DNA from: Acanthaster planci
Lineage: Eukaryota
Direction: 5' to 3'
DNA: 64,000 nucleotides
Assembly (NCBI RefSeq): GCF_001949145.1
Contig: NW_019091356.1
Span: forward strand, 4,756,934 to 4,820,933
Each line of letters begins with the position of its first letter. Position 1 is the first letter of the stretch. This document shows positions 23,894 to 37,607 of this stretch, one piece after another. The notes under the pieces are model-generated. The model searched no databases. It was given only the letters and a program-made list of their open reading frames with translations, and was not told the DNA's origin. The translations under genes and the position numbers were made by a program.

Positions 23894-26405
23894 CTACAGA
23901 TTGTCGAAATTTCTCAGCTGCACACTCAATAGCAGTTCGTGTTGGTGTTTCACCACTACTTTCACGCAAGGAATCGGCTCAGGTTCCCCCTCCACTAAAC
24001 TCATGAAACCGTCTCAGAAATTTGGCAACCACCGTCCTCACTTGGTTCTAAGCAAACTGTTGCCCCAATGCAATTTCTCGGTCCGAAAGAGAAAGGCAGG
24101 TAGGCAAAGGGGTCCAACTTAGCGAAGTTATGCAGCAGTAACCGAGACGGTTTAAACTCCATGATGTGATCACACCCCCACACGGTCGGGTTGTGGTGAA
24201 GTTGGTAAGATTGACAGCTAGAGTAGCTAGTGATGCCAGGCGGACGGTGACCCTGTTTACGTGGTATGGGGTAGTGAGTGTGTGTGTCGGTGGAAAGACT
24301 GGAGTGTATACTCTCACGACTTCCTTGGTGACCAGGGACGTGTACTACAGGCTGATTTAATCCTTGCTGTGATTGGAGGACAAAATTCAAATATAGAATT
24401 AGTTATGCGCTAAAATTATCAATTTGTCAGACTGTAGAACCGCGTGCAATTTGTAACAACAGTTACGCATGCGCAGATTTTTAATTTCTTTTCTGAGGTA
24501 TCCCCGCAATCTCAAGCTAATAATATCTCATGCCTGATCACAACTCTCTGGGTGAAGATTAATTAATACACCAAAGAAACCAAGAATACGTGCACAAAAC
24601 ATTCAATATAACCTGGTGATCCGATCAAAGTCCTCGTTGCGAATTGAAGCAACGCATCATCCTCCCTCACTTTGGCCTGATGCTTGGAATACATGGCTAA
24701 CGCGTACTATATATCCACGTCGGGGTACAAGATGTCGTGTTGCGTCCACCAAGGAGGACGGTGTTGACTTCATCATCTTTGATCTTCTGATTCGCTAAGC
24801 CACTGCCATCAGCATCAAGAGCCAGGAGTACAGTGTCCAAGACGTCACGGGGGTGGTCAACGGTCGACTGCTTTCAAGCTAAGAAACACGGGGAAGGGAA
24901 CAAATATTAATTTTCTGATGACTTCATATGTCATCCTAAGAGAACCTAAAAGTATGTAGTCGATTAATCCGCAACTGTAAGAAGCAAATTGTTTTCATGT
25001 ATAAACAGTTTTCGACCTGGACTTCCTATCATTTTATTCCGTTCGACTCTTCTCTTGTTGATCAAACCTTCAGCCACAGTTTGCATATGTCTGTTGGCTA
25101 TCTGCCAGTTTTGCCAGTTCCTACAAGGAACCGAAACGGAATACCCTTATATTTAAGGAGCAAAAGATTACTAGCGGTTCCTAATTGGACAGTCCTTGCC
25201 AGGATTGAAGTCATCCATTTCTCCATCTGCCATCGAGTCTTTGAGCTAAAAAAGACACAAAATACGATTTAAGAGATTGCGTGGTGAACACTCCCGGCCC
25301 ATATAAATACACGAATCCAACAGCCCTCGAAAAGCTCGACTCTGCAGTTGATTGAAATAATTAAGTCAGACTTCAAATGATCAAAAACTATATGAAGAAT
25401 AATGAATGTTCTTCTTTTATCCTTAATTCCATATACATTTATTTGAAGTTTTAAAACAAACACAGTTTCCCATTTGTGGAAAGAATGTTGCACCCTACCT
25501 CCACGTTTCCATCATTGTCATTTCATCAAAAGTCAGTCAATGAAGAAGCGCTACAAAGATATATTTCTTGGACTGAGAAAAACTTCCAATTTTGTAAAGA
25601 TAGACTTTGTACATAACCGCTGAAGAAAAGCCAGGATGCAACATTCTTTCCCTCCATTAATTTTTCCTCAAATTCCGGCCGTACCGTAGTCGGCGTTCAG
25701 AAGAGTGCTATAACTACAGCACATGCACAAACTGTAAATGGAAAAAGGCATGAAAAATGGCATATGCCTGATTAATTATAGTCATACATGCCACATTTAG
25801 TCCCTGGTCTTACCTGACGGTTTGAATGGTGAGAGCAAGAAATGCAGTGGATGATATAAAAGTTACAAAGACCCAGCTCACGCCCAACTTTGAAAGGTTT
25901 ACCGGCCACTGCCAGGTGGTCCATCCTACCCGTTAATTACGAAGTCGGCGATGTCTCTTAGTTGACGTTACTGGTCATGGGTAGCCCTTCCCCTAGCCAG
26001 TCTGCAAACAGGTCGTATATTTTTTTACTTAATTTTAATCGAGCCAGAATAACTTGATACCGTGGGTCTGATTGTGTCTGGGTGAACCGGAGTGGGCACA
26101 AGCATGTGACCAAGACGGGTGGTGTAGATACGTGAGAAATCTTCCACCGTTTGAACCCGGGTGCCAAGGGTCCCTGCCTCTGATGACCAAGATGCCAATG
26201 TGACGGTGGACTGGGCAAACAGAAGAGCAAGCGGGTTAACCTTACAGCTTCAAAAACCGACAAGGACAGCTTCAGAACACACACAGTGGCAAAAGACGAG
26301 ACATTATTGTTGTCCACAGCATCATTTAAGTTACAGTTTCAAACGTTAATTGGTAACAAATTTCCAAACCAGAATAGCGATTGCTGTGACGATGAAAAAT
26401 GGTAC
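23894..26405 (-). pseudogene. Cytochrome P450 CYP4-clan unprocessed pseudogene
   Basis: Collinear remnants: LPSPPSHWHLGH (proline-rich hinge), YDLFADWLGEGL..SN...RHRRL, RDVLDTVLLALDADGSGL...DEVNTVLLGGRNTT (degenerate I-helix), KEVVRVYTPV (ExxR), YQLHHNPTVW..EFKPSR, and DPFAYLPFSFGPRNCIG (heme Cys). There are multiple stops and frameshifts, including +1 G and then TAG just after the heme motif. Intron-like spacers are retained. The 5' boundary is approximate. Confidence 0.88.
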
Positions 26406-26987
26406 TAGCTGCGGCGTTGGAAGTCTGCGATCTTGTTTTTTATGCAGTGTGGGTACGTAATACATCAGCTCATCAGAGGTCACATCCCGCCTAGAAGTCT
26501 GTAAAGAATTCCTGAGATTCCGATCAAACAATGACCAACACAAAGGCAGGGGGGTTCTCTCCGTCCCATTTCTTGCTTCAAATGCTCTAAGGCTGTTGCG
26601 CGTTGCACTGCTGTTACTCTGTAGGACCTAAAGAGTAACCTATGTTTTACGACAATAAGGCTTAATCCAGTCGCCTTCAGGTTGGAACGACATTTGAAGT
26701 AAGATATGAGACGGAGAGAATCCCACCTGCTTTGTGTTGGCCATTGTTTCTCTGGAATCTAAGGAACTCTTTTCAGACATTTACGGGGATGTCTTAGGTA
26801 ACAATAGTCTAGAGTGTGTATGACGATTGAGCATGTTGAGGGAGGTACCCCTCTGTCTCATTTCTTGCTGGATAAATGGAACGGTCTAAGCCCTGCGAGA
26901 GCAAGGGTCCTTTCTGTGCAGATCTGCAGCGACATGATGGCAGCTTTCCCCAAAAAAGGCCCGCAGAAAACTAGTCCATGTAAATGG

Positions 26988-27092
26988 TTAACCCCAGAAC
27001 TGTGGGGTTCCGGTTCGACGTCCGGCGCCGCGCTCGTCGTGCGGGGAGCGCGGCCGATCGACGACGAAGTAACCCCATAGTTGTGGGGGTAA
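26988..27092. mobile_element. Small MITE-like element with a GC-rich core
   Basis: TTAACCCCAGAACTGTGGGGTT ... AACCCCATAGTTGTGGGGGTAA form imperfect ~22-bp inverted repeats around a CpG-rich core. Confidence 0.6.
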
Positions 27093-28605
27093 TCTTATAG
27101 AGTGACAGCATCTGAAGAGAACAACCAATTTTAAAGTAGATTAGTCCAAATTATAACTTACACAGTAAAACAAAGTTAACCTATCGAAAAAAAAACCCAT
27201 TTGCTAAGCTTGAGAGGCGCAGATGCTAGTCTGGTTCCCTGCCCAAAGATTTCCTGACGACTCTTGATAACAAAATCTTTGGTCAGGCATCACCCACGGA
27301 TATAAATAGATATGACGCAAGTGTCAGGGGTCAGAAGTTGAGAGCCCTTGTGTTTTCGATTTCACAAGTGGCAACATCTCAAAATTGAGGCTTTTCCCAT
27401 GTCCAGTGGCAATAATACAAGTGTATCCCCACTGAGAGCATGTTTCAGGCACAGAGCCTGCATTGGTAGAAGAAAGTTATATTCTGCAATCCGCCTAGCA
27501 TTTCGGCAAAGGCAACCTTTGATTTCAGTGTGTAATAGTCAAATGTATTGTAGGATCAACAGCTGCCATCAGGATACGGGAGTTTACGTTCAACAGCTAG
27601 CCTACACCAAGCCGGGAATAATTGAACATCAACGGTACCATCCGAACATGCCGAATATAGACGGGACGACTTCGGAATATTTCGGCTATTTCCGGGAAAC
27701 TGGATAAATTCCTCCAGTCTTGGTCACGTGGACATTGGGTGATGCCAGACCCTTGATTCGTAGTCAGAACCATCGGGTCTGGTATCCAAACTAAGGTACT
27801 AAGAAAATGGATTTGGTTTTCCTTGTTGTCCACCGACAGAGGGCGGCCTTCTGAGACGGGAAACAATTTTCTGTCTCGAGTACACTGCACCTCGACCTCA
27901 CATTTCAGATAGCTAGAGGTCTTCGGCTTCTGTGTTCGAATTTCAATAAAATTATTTCCTTTTACAACGAACAAACAGGAATGGGGTTAAGTGATAAAGG
28001 ATATGTGCACTTACTGTCCTACGGCGGCGTTCGGTGGAAAGACGACAGGTGATTGGTCAAACAGTTCCCCTCATGATCATAATGTGAATGACAGTCGGGC
28101 CAGCTGACGCGGCCATGAACTGTAGTTGATACTGAATTTTTGAACAACATTCCTGAGAATTGTTGACGAACATGTTTTGTAGCCGACCAAGACCCACGTA
28201 ATGGAAAACGCGTCGGGAGTCAAATATGGAGTCTGGACTTGGGGAATCATGACGTTTTCTTGGACATCATGAACCAGACGTTTGAGAGAATTCAAAATCA
28301 TCCTTGATGAGCGTGAAAAAGTATGGCGATGAGCTTACCGTTGACGAGTCGAAGAAAGTGATGGATGTGGGAACTTTCTGAATTGTCTTGTCTTGGAAAG
28401 GTTTTACAGTTTGAGGTACGTCAAAATGACTTAATTTAACTTCGTTTTTCAACCAGTGGCGTGACTGGGGGTACATTTTGCAGGGGGTGGGGCCCTCATT
28501 TTCCAGAGGGGCAATCAAAGGATTTGTTTCCTTCTCTTATTTCTGAGCGGGGGGGGGATAAGTCTCAAGCAGGAGGCACAGGCCTCTCAGTGCTACGTGC
28601 CACCC

Positions 28606-28664
28606 TTAACCCTAACACTCCTCAGTCCTCCAACGGGTAAAGGATTGAGGGGTGTTAGGGTTAA
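28606..28664. mobile_element. Tiny piggyBac-like hairpin element with a TTAA target duplication
   Basis: TTAA-CCCTAACACTCCTCAGTCCT-(11 nt)-AGGATTGAGGGGTGTTAGGG-TTAA: 20-bp inverted repeats with 2 mismatches and CCCT/AGGG termini. Confidence 0.7.
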
Positions 28665-31091
28665 TTAATAGTTACGTCATTATTTTCAACCCTGATTTAA
28701 GAATTTAAATTTCCATCTGATGAAAACCCTGGGGGTATTTTCCGACATTATGTGTAAGAGTTGACAACAAAGCCTTACATTTCGTATTAAACCTTGCCCA
28801 AATAATTCAGATGCATTCGCAAGTAAAAGCTAGGGCTACTAAAGATTTTTTCATCGATAAAATTATGCAATGTCCAATTGGACAGTATACCAAATGCCTG
28901 ATGTCGGGGCTGTTGTCTCTTGCGATTTCCTTCGAAGTTGACATAAGGAGGACAAAGTAGAAAAAATGACTCTAAACCATCAACATTCCTGCATTCCATC
29001 CTAAGTAAGCGCCGTAGGAGTAGACACATGACATGTATATTTTGATATCAATATAGAATAATACAAACGTTTGATGTGTTCTGCGGCGGGAGTTTCTGGG
29101 TACCAGAGGAGCGTGTCTGATGTGACTAGCTGACCGTATCGACCTCGTCAATATATCCACCAGCTGTAGCCAGTCCCATGGGATGTGTCAGTCAAAGTGT
29201 GGCTAATGAACGCGTTCTTGATGGCAGAGCAAAACTTAAAGGTGATTCATACACACTAAATTTATTCATTTGAAATGATAAATGGCTGGTTGGTATGAAG
29301 GATTGAAACTATCTGATCGGTGCTGCACTGTAAGTATTTCTAAAAAATAAAGCTTTTCTTATTTGTCTTTCATATCACTTTGGAACTACCACTTTGAAAA
29401 TCAATACAAATTTCAATTATCCACGTATGAAAGTATTTTCATGATATATCCTGCTTTTAATAGGCCTAAATTCTTTGTTTAAATCTCCAGATGTGTCCAA
29501 CCTCAAATCTAATCCCACGTTACGGCAAGCTGGGCCTTGTTTCTCGTGGAAATTTTGATTTCAATTTGTTAAATACGATCACACTCACGCGAGAACCTGA
29601 CTAAATTAAGACTCAGAAAAAAATGGGTTCCTTATTTCCTGTGAAATATTTGTGTTTTTTTCAGAAGCATCACCCAGTATGTATCAGTCACTACTGTACC
29701 TCAGCACGTACCCAATGACTTAATGAACTCGCCCTCAACGAACCTTTGACCCTTCGTCATTCATTCGTCTGACTCTGATTGAAAGTCCTGTCTGGTTTCT
29801 GTTCTACGATAAGCATTAGAGTAACCTGGACTAAAACCAGACTTCTAATTCAATTTGATAAAGCTCATGTAATTGTTTGTTAAGAAACGTGTACAAAAGT
29901 TATTTTATGGTGCACCCAAATTGAAAATAATCGATTATAATGTGCTTTTTTTAAAATGTGAAATCCAATTATTATAAATGTTTGAACTGCTATACGGAAA
30001 TCTTTTGATACCGGAACAATTAAATGGATAAATAACTGATAATTGTTTGATTAATTTGAAACATTTTAAACACGTTCATTGTTCACTGCTCCTATTCCCC
30101 ATTACAATTTGACAAAGAGTCATTTATGAGTGAGAATTTGGGGGGATTTACTATATTTATTACATATTTTACATTTCAATATTTACTCGTTTAGGCTATT
30201 TTTATATACACAGGACCCTGTACAGCTGTTGCAAGCTGAAATATATTGATCCAAAACGGCACCACTCTGAATAGGAAGAGTTGTGTGCCGTTGCATAATT
30301 ACGGTCAGCAGAAAATTTGATCTGGTAGCAAAACAAATTTAGTGGACACATTTAATTTCACCTTTTTGCAGTACTGTTTATCAGTATATTATCTCAAATA
30401 AGTTAATATCATGCTAATTTTTACACATTATTTGTTTCTAATAAAATCATTGATTGTCACTGACGAGGGCGAAATTCCATCAAAATTAAACCAGCACTAC
30501 CCAATAAAATCGATGAACATTTTTGTTCAGCTCACGTTTGCATTTTGGCAACCATTGCTTCATTAAAATATTGACCGTAACTGGCAGCTGTCGCACTGAA
30601 CACAAATTTTATGAATTTCGTAGCCACGTCACCAAGATAAAAAAATTGATTCCATTGCAGGAACGAAGCCCAGACGTGGCACACTTTCTACCGCCCTTCT
30701 AATGGAAACAGACAGTTCCTGTAGAGTTCGGAAGCGTCTGAGGCAAAACGTGAAACTAGTTTGTTCCTGGTAGGGGTGAGCTTGCAACTCCACTCCCTGG
30801 TTTCATTCAGAATGCTCGAACATCAGAGTTCAAGGTTGGTGCTTCATTAACACCTTAACCTTAAAGGACATAATTCTTAAGCAACAAGAAATAGAACCGG
30901 ACCTTAACTTCGACAATTTTGACTGAATGTTTTTCATCTGCATGATGAGGCCTCACCGAGGGCATTCTGAACGTAGAAAAGAAAGCTACCAATGATGTTT
31001 ACAAGACGTTTCTACTGGCTATTTAAAAATCAAGAGTTTCTGGCTGGATTGATCTAGATACTGTGTCTATTCTTGATCGGCCCCTCTCAAA

Positions 31092-34000
31092 ATGGCACCT
31101 TCAAAGAAAATTATACAAGTAGTGTTTTTGACATCAATGATGTGGTTTTCTGTGGACATCATGCTCCTGATCACCTACACCACATCACCTGAAAGTAACT
31201 TCAGTCTCAAACTGCCGTTTGGAAACGACCAGAAGAGGAACACTGGGCGAGAACGGAAGAGTGGACGGCAGGAATTTGATAAGATGGAGAGAAGGGATGA
31301 CTGGAGTATGCCCCAGGTACAGAGCCATCAGCAAAGAGGGACTCAACGTCAGATACCAAGGGATAACCCCCGTGTAGGCATCCGTAACCGACATCAACTG
31401 GGGGAAAAACATGAAGAAAAAAATCCAGTCGTGAATTTTGAAAAAAAACACAACATCGTTGCCTTGAAAAATAATGACCACTTACAGCATAAAGCAGGAG
31501 AGCCTGGCGTGAGGAATCAACAAAAAGACACACAGAGTGTCGATCTGCAAGACGAACGCAATGTCGATCAAAACAGGGAACAGAAAATAGTACAAAAAGA
31601 CTTGCCAGATGTAAACAATGACAAAAGACGGCAGTTGGAGGATATACGAAGGAAAAATTTCAATCAGAATCAAATACATAATGTCGAGCAAGGAGTCAAC
31701 CTTAATGAGAAAGACGACCAGGTTTCAGACTCAGTATCTGAGGATCTCGAAAGCAAGCCTCGATCGATTATGAGGAAGGCATCAGTGAAGCTGGAACCAA
31801 AATCGAAGGTATTCCGTTTCCAATTGCTTCAATCTTCGGTCACTTTACTGAGAAATTATAAACTAAAAAATTAATATCCATGGCAACTGATCACATCCTT
31901 ACAGTCCAGTATTCATCACACTAATGGTATGCAGTTATTCGCTCAAAATGAAGTCAAGTCGGAAAGACACTTAGCAATCAATAAAAGACTTTTTAAAACA
32001 CTGCAAAATAGACTTAGATGTACATAGTGTATTTTTGATAGCCCTGAACATTTTATGTTAAGCCTTGGGGTGAAATATCACCATGTCCCTTGTGTCCACC
32101 AATCCCTTCCTCACAGCATACTTAATTTGTTCTAAATATATCTGAGACTAAAGTCCTTCCATCCTTGACTAGATGTTGCAGTATGTGTTATCTACAGGAG
32201 CAGTAGCTCAGGGTTATTTTTACTTTACCCAACGGAAATCCTATGGGGAAATCAAGATATGTGTTCCGTTTGGGGTCAAGTTTTATACTATTTAACAATT
32301 TAAGCCTTGTTAAATATGATGAATGATGCGGTAACAGGGAGCCCCCCCATCCCCTAAGGTTTCTTAGCTTATAAGAATCCTTTCATATTTTCAGAGGGGA
32401 ACACGTGCGACAACCTAAATAGCTTATGCATCACGGGGGGGGGTCGTCCCTCGCCACATCGTGTTAGGTATCCCTTTTTATTAAGCAAAATGTTCAATAA
32501 CATTTCTGAGCTAGCATAGCTCAGCCTTCCTTGGTGTTTCTTACGATGAGTATGGCCTTTTTAGAAGCCTAGATAAACCGTTATCAGCTGACAGCTTTGA
32601 ATCTAATGAGCCCAGCGGTTATAAAATATGCGCTAGTAACCCCGAATGAACATAGACGCGACTCCAACAATCAGGATGATTGATAGTCCGCGAATACGTT
32701 TTTCTCGCTCAGAACGACACAGCACTTACTTGTGATCTAACAGTTAAGAGTAAACATTTCACTAACCCCGGCAAATAATTACTTTCAGGAGTGAAAGGTG
32801 GAGAATGTAGCGACATCCTTCATTCTTTCCTTGAGACAAACGTGTATCTCTTCATCTGTAAAGTTAAAATGTCACGAACATAAAAACCCATATTTTTTCG
32901 GTCTTTGTTGGTTCAGGGATCGCCCACGTATAATTATGTTCGTGACCTGGATGTGACCTCCAAGCCACGTGACCCCAATGGGCCGGGAGAGATGGGTAAA
33001 GGAGTAAAGACGGAAGTCAAAGATGCCAGCAAGGTCGCCTTGGGATTTAAACACGCCTCCTTTAATGAGTTTGTCAGTGATATGATTTCACTCGAAAGAG
33101 CATTACCAGAGAAACGACCGCCAATGTAAGTCACACGCTAATGTACTCCAATTCTTCAAATTGTCCTGACATTTATTTCACAGTCAGGAAACTACAGCAC
33201 CAGGTATGTTGCCCCACAGTGGCATGTGCTATTAAAAGAGGTACATGTACATACAGCAAAACATCAATCATTTTGATTCCTAGGTGTAAGAGGAAGAAGT
33301 ACGTAGATGTTCTTCCAGAAACCAGCATTATTATCTGCTTCACTGAAGAGTCATGGTCAACATTGCTTCGTACAGTGCACAGCGTACTTAATCGATCACC
33401 GCCTGAATTAGTCAAGGAGGTCATATTAGTCGATGACTACAGTCAGAGAGGTTGGTCGATTCAAAATAATCGATAATCATAAATTTGATTATGAAACAGG
33501 GAAAGTCAGAAATTGTATTGAATGTTTGATGTTTAGTGGCGCGATAAGCACAATGAAGACTGAAATATTCAGTCAATAGTAGAGATTTCAACGATCCGGT
33601 TTTGTACTTGCAAAATATCGACTCAAACAATTATTGAGATTCGGATATAAAGCAAATCATAAACCCGATATAAGCTGGACTTTTGCTAACCAAAGGTCTT
33701 GCCTTTACTCACACAAGATTTTAAAAAACGAATAATCGATTGAATATTGATGATTAATAATCAAAATTGGTATCGGATCGGAGCGAAGCGTAACGAATAC
33801 AACTGAGTATCAACGGAGCATTAAAGTATGTAATCAATTGGTATGCTGTGAGTAAAAAGATCAGTTAAGTGGTATATTCCAACTTTACGCGACTATGTTT
33901 CTCCCATTGCATCCCCCTAGATTATCTGAAACAGCCCCTGGATGAGTACATGACCCAATTTCCAAAAGTGAAGATTCTTCGGCTTGAGCAGCGAGAAGGG

Positions 34001-37000
34001 TTAATCCGCGCCAGACTACGTGGGGCAGAGATCGCTCAGGGAACTGTGCTAACATTCTTGGATTCACACGTCGAGTGCCACGTGGGATGGTTGGAACCGT
34101 TACTCCAAAGGATTTGGGAAAACAGGACAAGAGTAGTTTGTCCTGCGTTAGATAGTATTGATGCTACCACGTTCAGGTAGGATGTATTGAATAAGTTTGT
34201 GATAGCACGCATTATTGTTAAAGATGTTATTTATGTCTTTGCCATTTCTTTGAATTCTTGACAACCAATTTCAGTGTGGATTTTATTTATTATGGTACTT
34301 AGCACACCGCTCTGTTGTATGGCTGCAATACTAAGGAAATAAAGCAAACACAGAACAGATTTTTAAATTTTTTTGCTCGAACGAGCATGGGGTGACGTAA
34401 TGTTAAGGGTTGCATTTGTTAGTCCGGAAAATAAAACGATTTTCTGTGCACATGATGCAGGTATGAAGGCTCTGGAAATATCATGGGAGCTTTTGAATGG
34501 GATCTACAATTCCACTGGGTCGGCCTTCCTCGTAGAGAACTCAAGAGACGACAAGACGAGTCTTATCCTATTCGGTATACCTTCATGTTCTTTCCTCCTG
34601 TAAGGAGCCAGTTCAGTATTTCAACGGCGCAAGCCCAAACTGAAGCGCGTCCGAGGTCATTCGGGGACAAGAGCACGTCCTCACGACAATCTGTCCTATC
34701 AGCACGGCCGTACGTCGCCTCACGCGCGCGATTTGTTCCCGAAAGACCTTACCTTTTACAGAACTGGCTCATTATCATTTTTAGTTACGGACCACTGAGG
34801 AAGAATTCAGATCTTTATTATGCAGGTTGTTTTTAATTTATTAAAATTTATGTTTGCCCTAGAAAAATAGAGAATATTTAAACATATTCGGATTTGTGAA
34901 TAATTGTTTGGCTTTCCTTTCTTTCAGAACGCCAGCGATAGCAGGTGGACTGTTCTCCATCGATCGTCAATGGTTTTATGAGCTAGGTTCATACGATAAA
35001 GGAATGGATATATGGGGAGGAGAAAATATAGAGTTATCTCTCAGAGTACGTGAATTCATTCATTTACATTGTGATTTGGTTCTTACTATTCCCTAAAAAT
35101 CCCCATTAGATTACATTTTGGAGAATCATTTTGCTACCATCCATTTTATTTCTTAGACTTGGATGTGCGGTGGTTCAATGGAGATTCTACCTTGTTCAAG
35201 AGTCGGTCATATATTCAGGAAATCACAACCTTATAAATTTCCAGACGGTAATGTAAAGTAAGTCAACTACGTTTAATCACACCGATGATAAAATGGGAAA
35301 AACGTTGATACTATTTTGTATTAAAATGTTTAGTGTTTGGATGTTTGTTTTATAACTCAATACAATTCTAACACTATTAATTTTTCTTCCCACTTTTCGC
35401 CAGAACTTTTCTGCGAAATACTCAACGTGTAGTTGAGGTTTGGTTAGATGATTTCAAACCTCTCTTTTACTCAATGAGACCGGAGTTGCATGCACGACAG
35501 TATGGGGATGTCTCGGAGAGACTGGAGCTGAGAAAACGACTGAAGTGCAAAGATTTCAAGTGGTACTTGGATAATGTTTATCCAGAACTCGATGTACCAG
35601 ACATGGATGTGACGGCGAGAGGAGAGGTGATTTTTGAGCCAAACTAGATTACCGTTTAAGAAATTCAAAATAGTTGATAGTAAAATACCCATTTTGTGTG
35701 ATCTTGTTAACATCTTCATATTGTTAAAAAAAATTTTTAACGAATAGTTTATTTAAATTGTGCTCTTTGCCGCCAGAGGTGGGATTGTGATTCTAATGTA
35801 CCCACTTTAGAATCCTTATCCCGTAAATGAGACTAGGCCTATATAGAAGGCGGTATTTCTGAATTTCATTTTCACTTAGTTTTTTTTGCGTCAATAACCA
35901 AAATGCATTTAGTTATGCCCATGTGTCATGCAATTTTGTTCCAGATGAGAAATCTCGGCGTGGGTAAATGCTTAGACAGACAATCCAATGGACCACTGGG
36001 CCTTTACCCATGCCACGGACAAGGTGGTCACCAGGTAAAAAGTCATTCAGTGATTCATTGATTATTTTAATAAATAATTCTGTTTCAGGCAAAAATATTA
36101 ACATGTATTCTTATGGGGCCAAGGGTTGTAACAGCACATACACGTGACCTTGGGTGCCTGGAGTCAATTCATGAAGTTAGGAAGAGGAAACGGCCAAAAG
36201 GCTTCGGGGGAGGTTTATTCTAGAAAAACAGGAAAGGGAAGACAGATGTGCCTTTCCTGGTCTCAAAGTATAGCTCGAATACCCTGGAGACCGGTAACTT
36301 CATTGTCGAAATCAATGTCTGTGATTGGCCGACATAATGAATATTCATAAAAGAATTGACATAGCAAAGCAAGGCAAATTATCTAAGTGTTAAGGAATAA
36401 ACTAAACATTTGGGGGGATGTTACAGTCCATACCTATGACATGCTGAAAACAACTGCTGGTCATGGGCCCTTTACCAATACTCGATTTGGGCTCTGTCTC
36501 AGGCTTCGTTCCCAAAACCAATCCCCGTTTGTGGGCCTGAAGCGTTTAAATTAAATTGGATTACTGTAATTTCTGGCTCTCTTGCATCTTATTTGATGTT
36601 TTGTGGCACTATTAAACTAATTACTGCGCTTACAGCTTCAAAGTCAGCTAGGGTTAGGTAAAGCAGATTTGAAGGAGTTTTTCTTTCTTCCACCCTTAGA
36701 GCTTCTCGCTCAGTAGGAAGGGCCACCTTCAATACGAGAGTAAATGTGCGTTACCATGGAAATCTACCGATAGAATGGGCCTTGGCAACTGCAGGGCTAC
36801 TCGTGTCTTCAAATTTGAACACACAAAGGTATCGACATTTCTAAGAAATGCAAGTGACAAGATATATATGAATATATATGAATGGGGACTGTGGTGGTAG
36901 AAAGGTAAAAGGAGGAGATTGGAAGGTGTTGCTGACGAAAGCAAGAGATGATATTCCCTTTGGTGGTAATGATGATAACAATAGGCCTGACAGTAGCATG

Positions 37001-37607
37001 TGAAATAACATGTAATTAAACCCTTCTGTGTCAAGTCCCAAACATCAATTTTGTCAACTATGGTGGGCAAAAGTATGGCAGGCCGTAAGTACAAAAAACG
37101 AAAATAATTTAGAAAGCGTTAAAATTTCTTATGCAAATATGAAAACACTTAATAGTAAATACACTTGTTAAATGCTAAATGGAAATGCCTCCCTATTGAA
37201 AACTGATGGCGCAAAAAGTACATTTTTAAGCTAAAAATTGTTGCCTATCAAGGGTAAAATTTCTGCAACTCCAGCCGTCCATACAAAATGACGGTCAATA
37301 TTTGTAAAGAAAGGAAAAGTCTATATACGACAGATTAGAGTGGATGAAGGGTAAAAGACAAAAGTAATGATGATGTCACAGGTCACAATGGTGTCCAAAA
37401 TAATGAGGGAAAAACTGTTAGGTAAGTCAAATTAATAATCACTGACTATCCTTCTTTACATTTTCTTTCCTTTGCTAGAATAACGCAATGGTGGAAGCCC
37501 ACACGAGGAAATGCCTAAGCGTGTCACGTGATAAGAATTTTGTTATTTTACAACAGTGTGATGGTAGTCCAAAACAGCAATGGAAATGGAGCACGTATAT
37601 ACACTAG
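31092..37607 (+). CDS. GALNT5: Polypeptide N-acetylgalactosaminyltransferase (GT27), GALNT5-like with a long stem, ~750 aa, 11 exons
   Basis: Exons 31092-31808, 32917-33125, 33284-33450, 33921-34176, 34461-34574, 34928-35045, 35157-35257, 35404-35626, 35945-36034, 36700-36828, 37479-37607 (2253 nt). Type II TM anchor and long polar stem, then [46 protein letters not shown] (DxH), [15 protein letters not shown] and a C-terminal ricin-B lectin (CLD...CHGQGGHQ...QQWKW). The family is secure; the GALNT5 subfamily call is less so. Confidence 0.9.
34604..34771. mobile_element. MITE (PIF/Harbinger-like TWA flanks) in GALNT intron 5
   Basis: taa|GGAGCCAGTTCAGTA ... TACAGAACTGGCTCA|tta inverted termini around a CpG-rich core. 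Confidence 0.6.
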
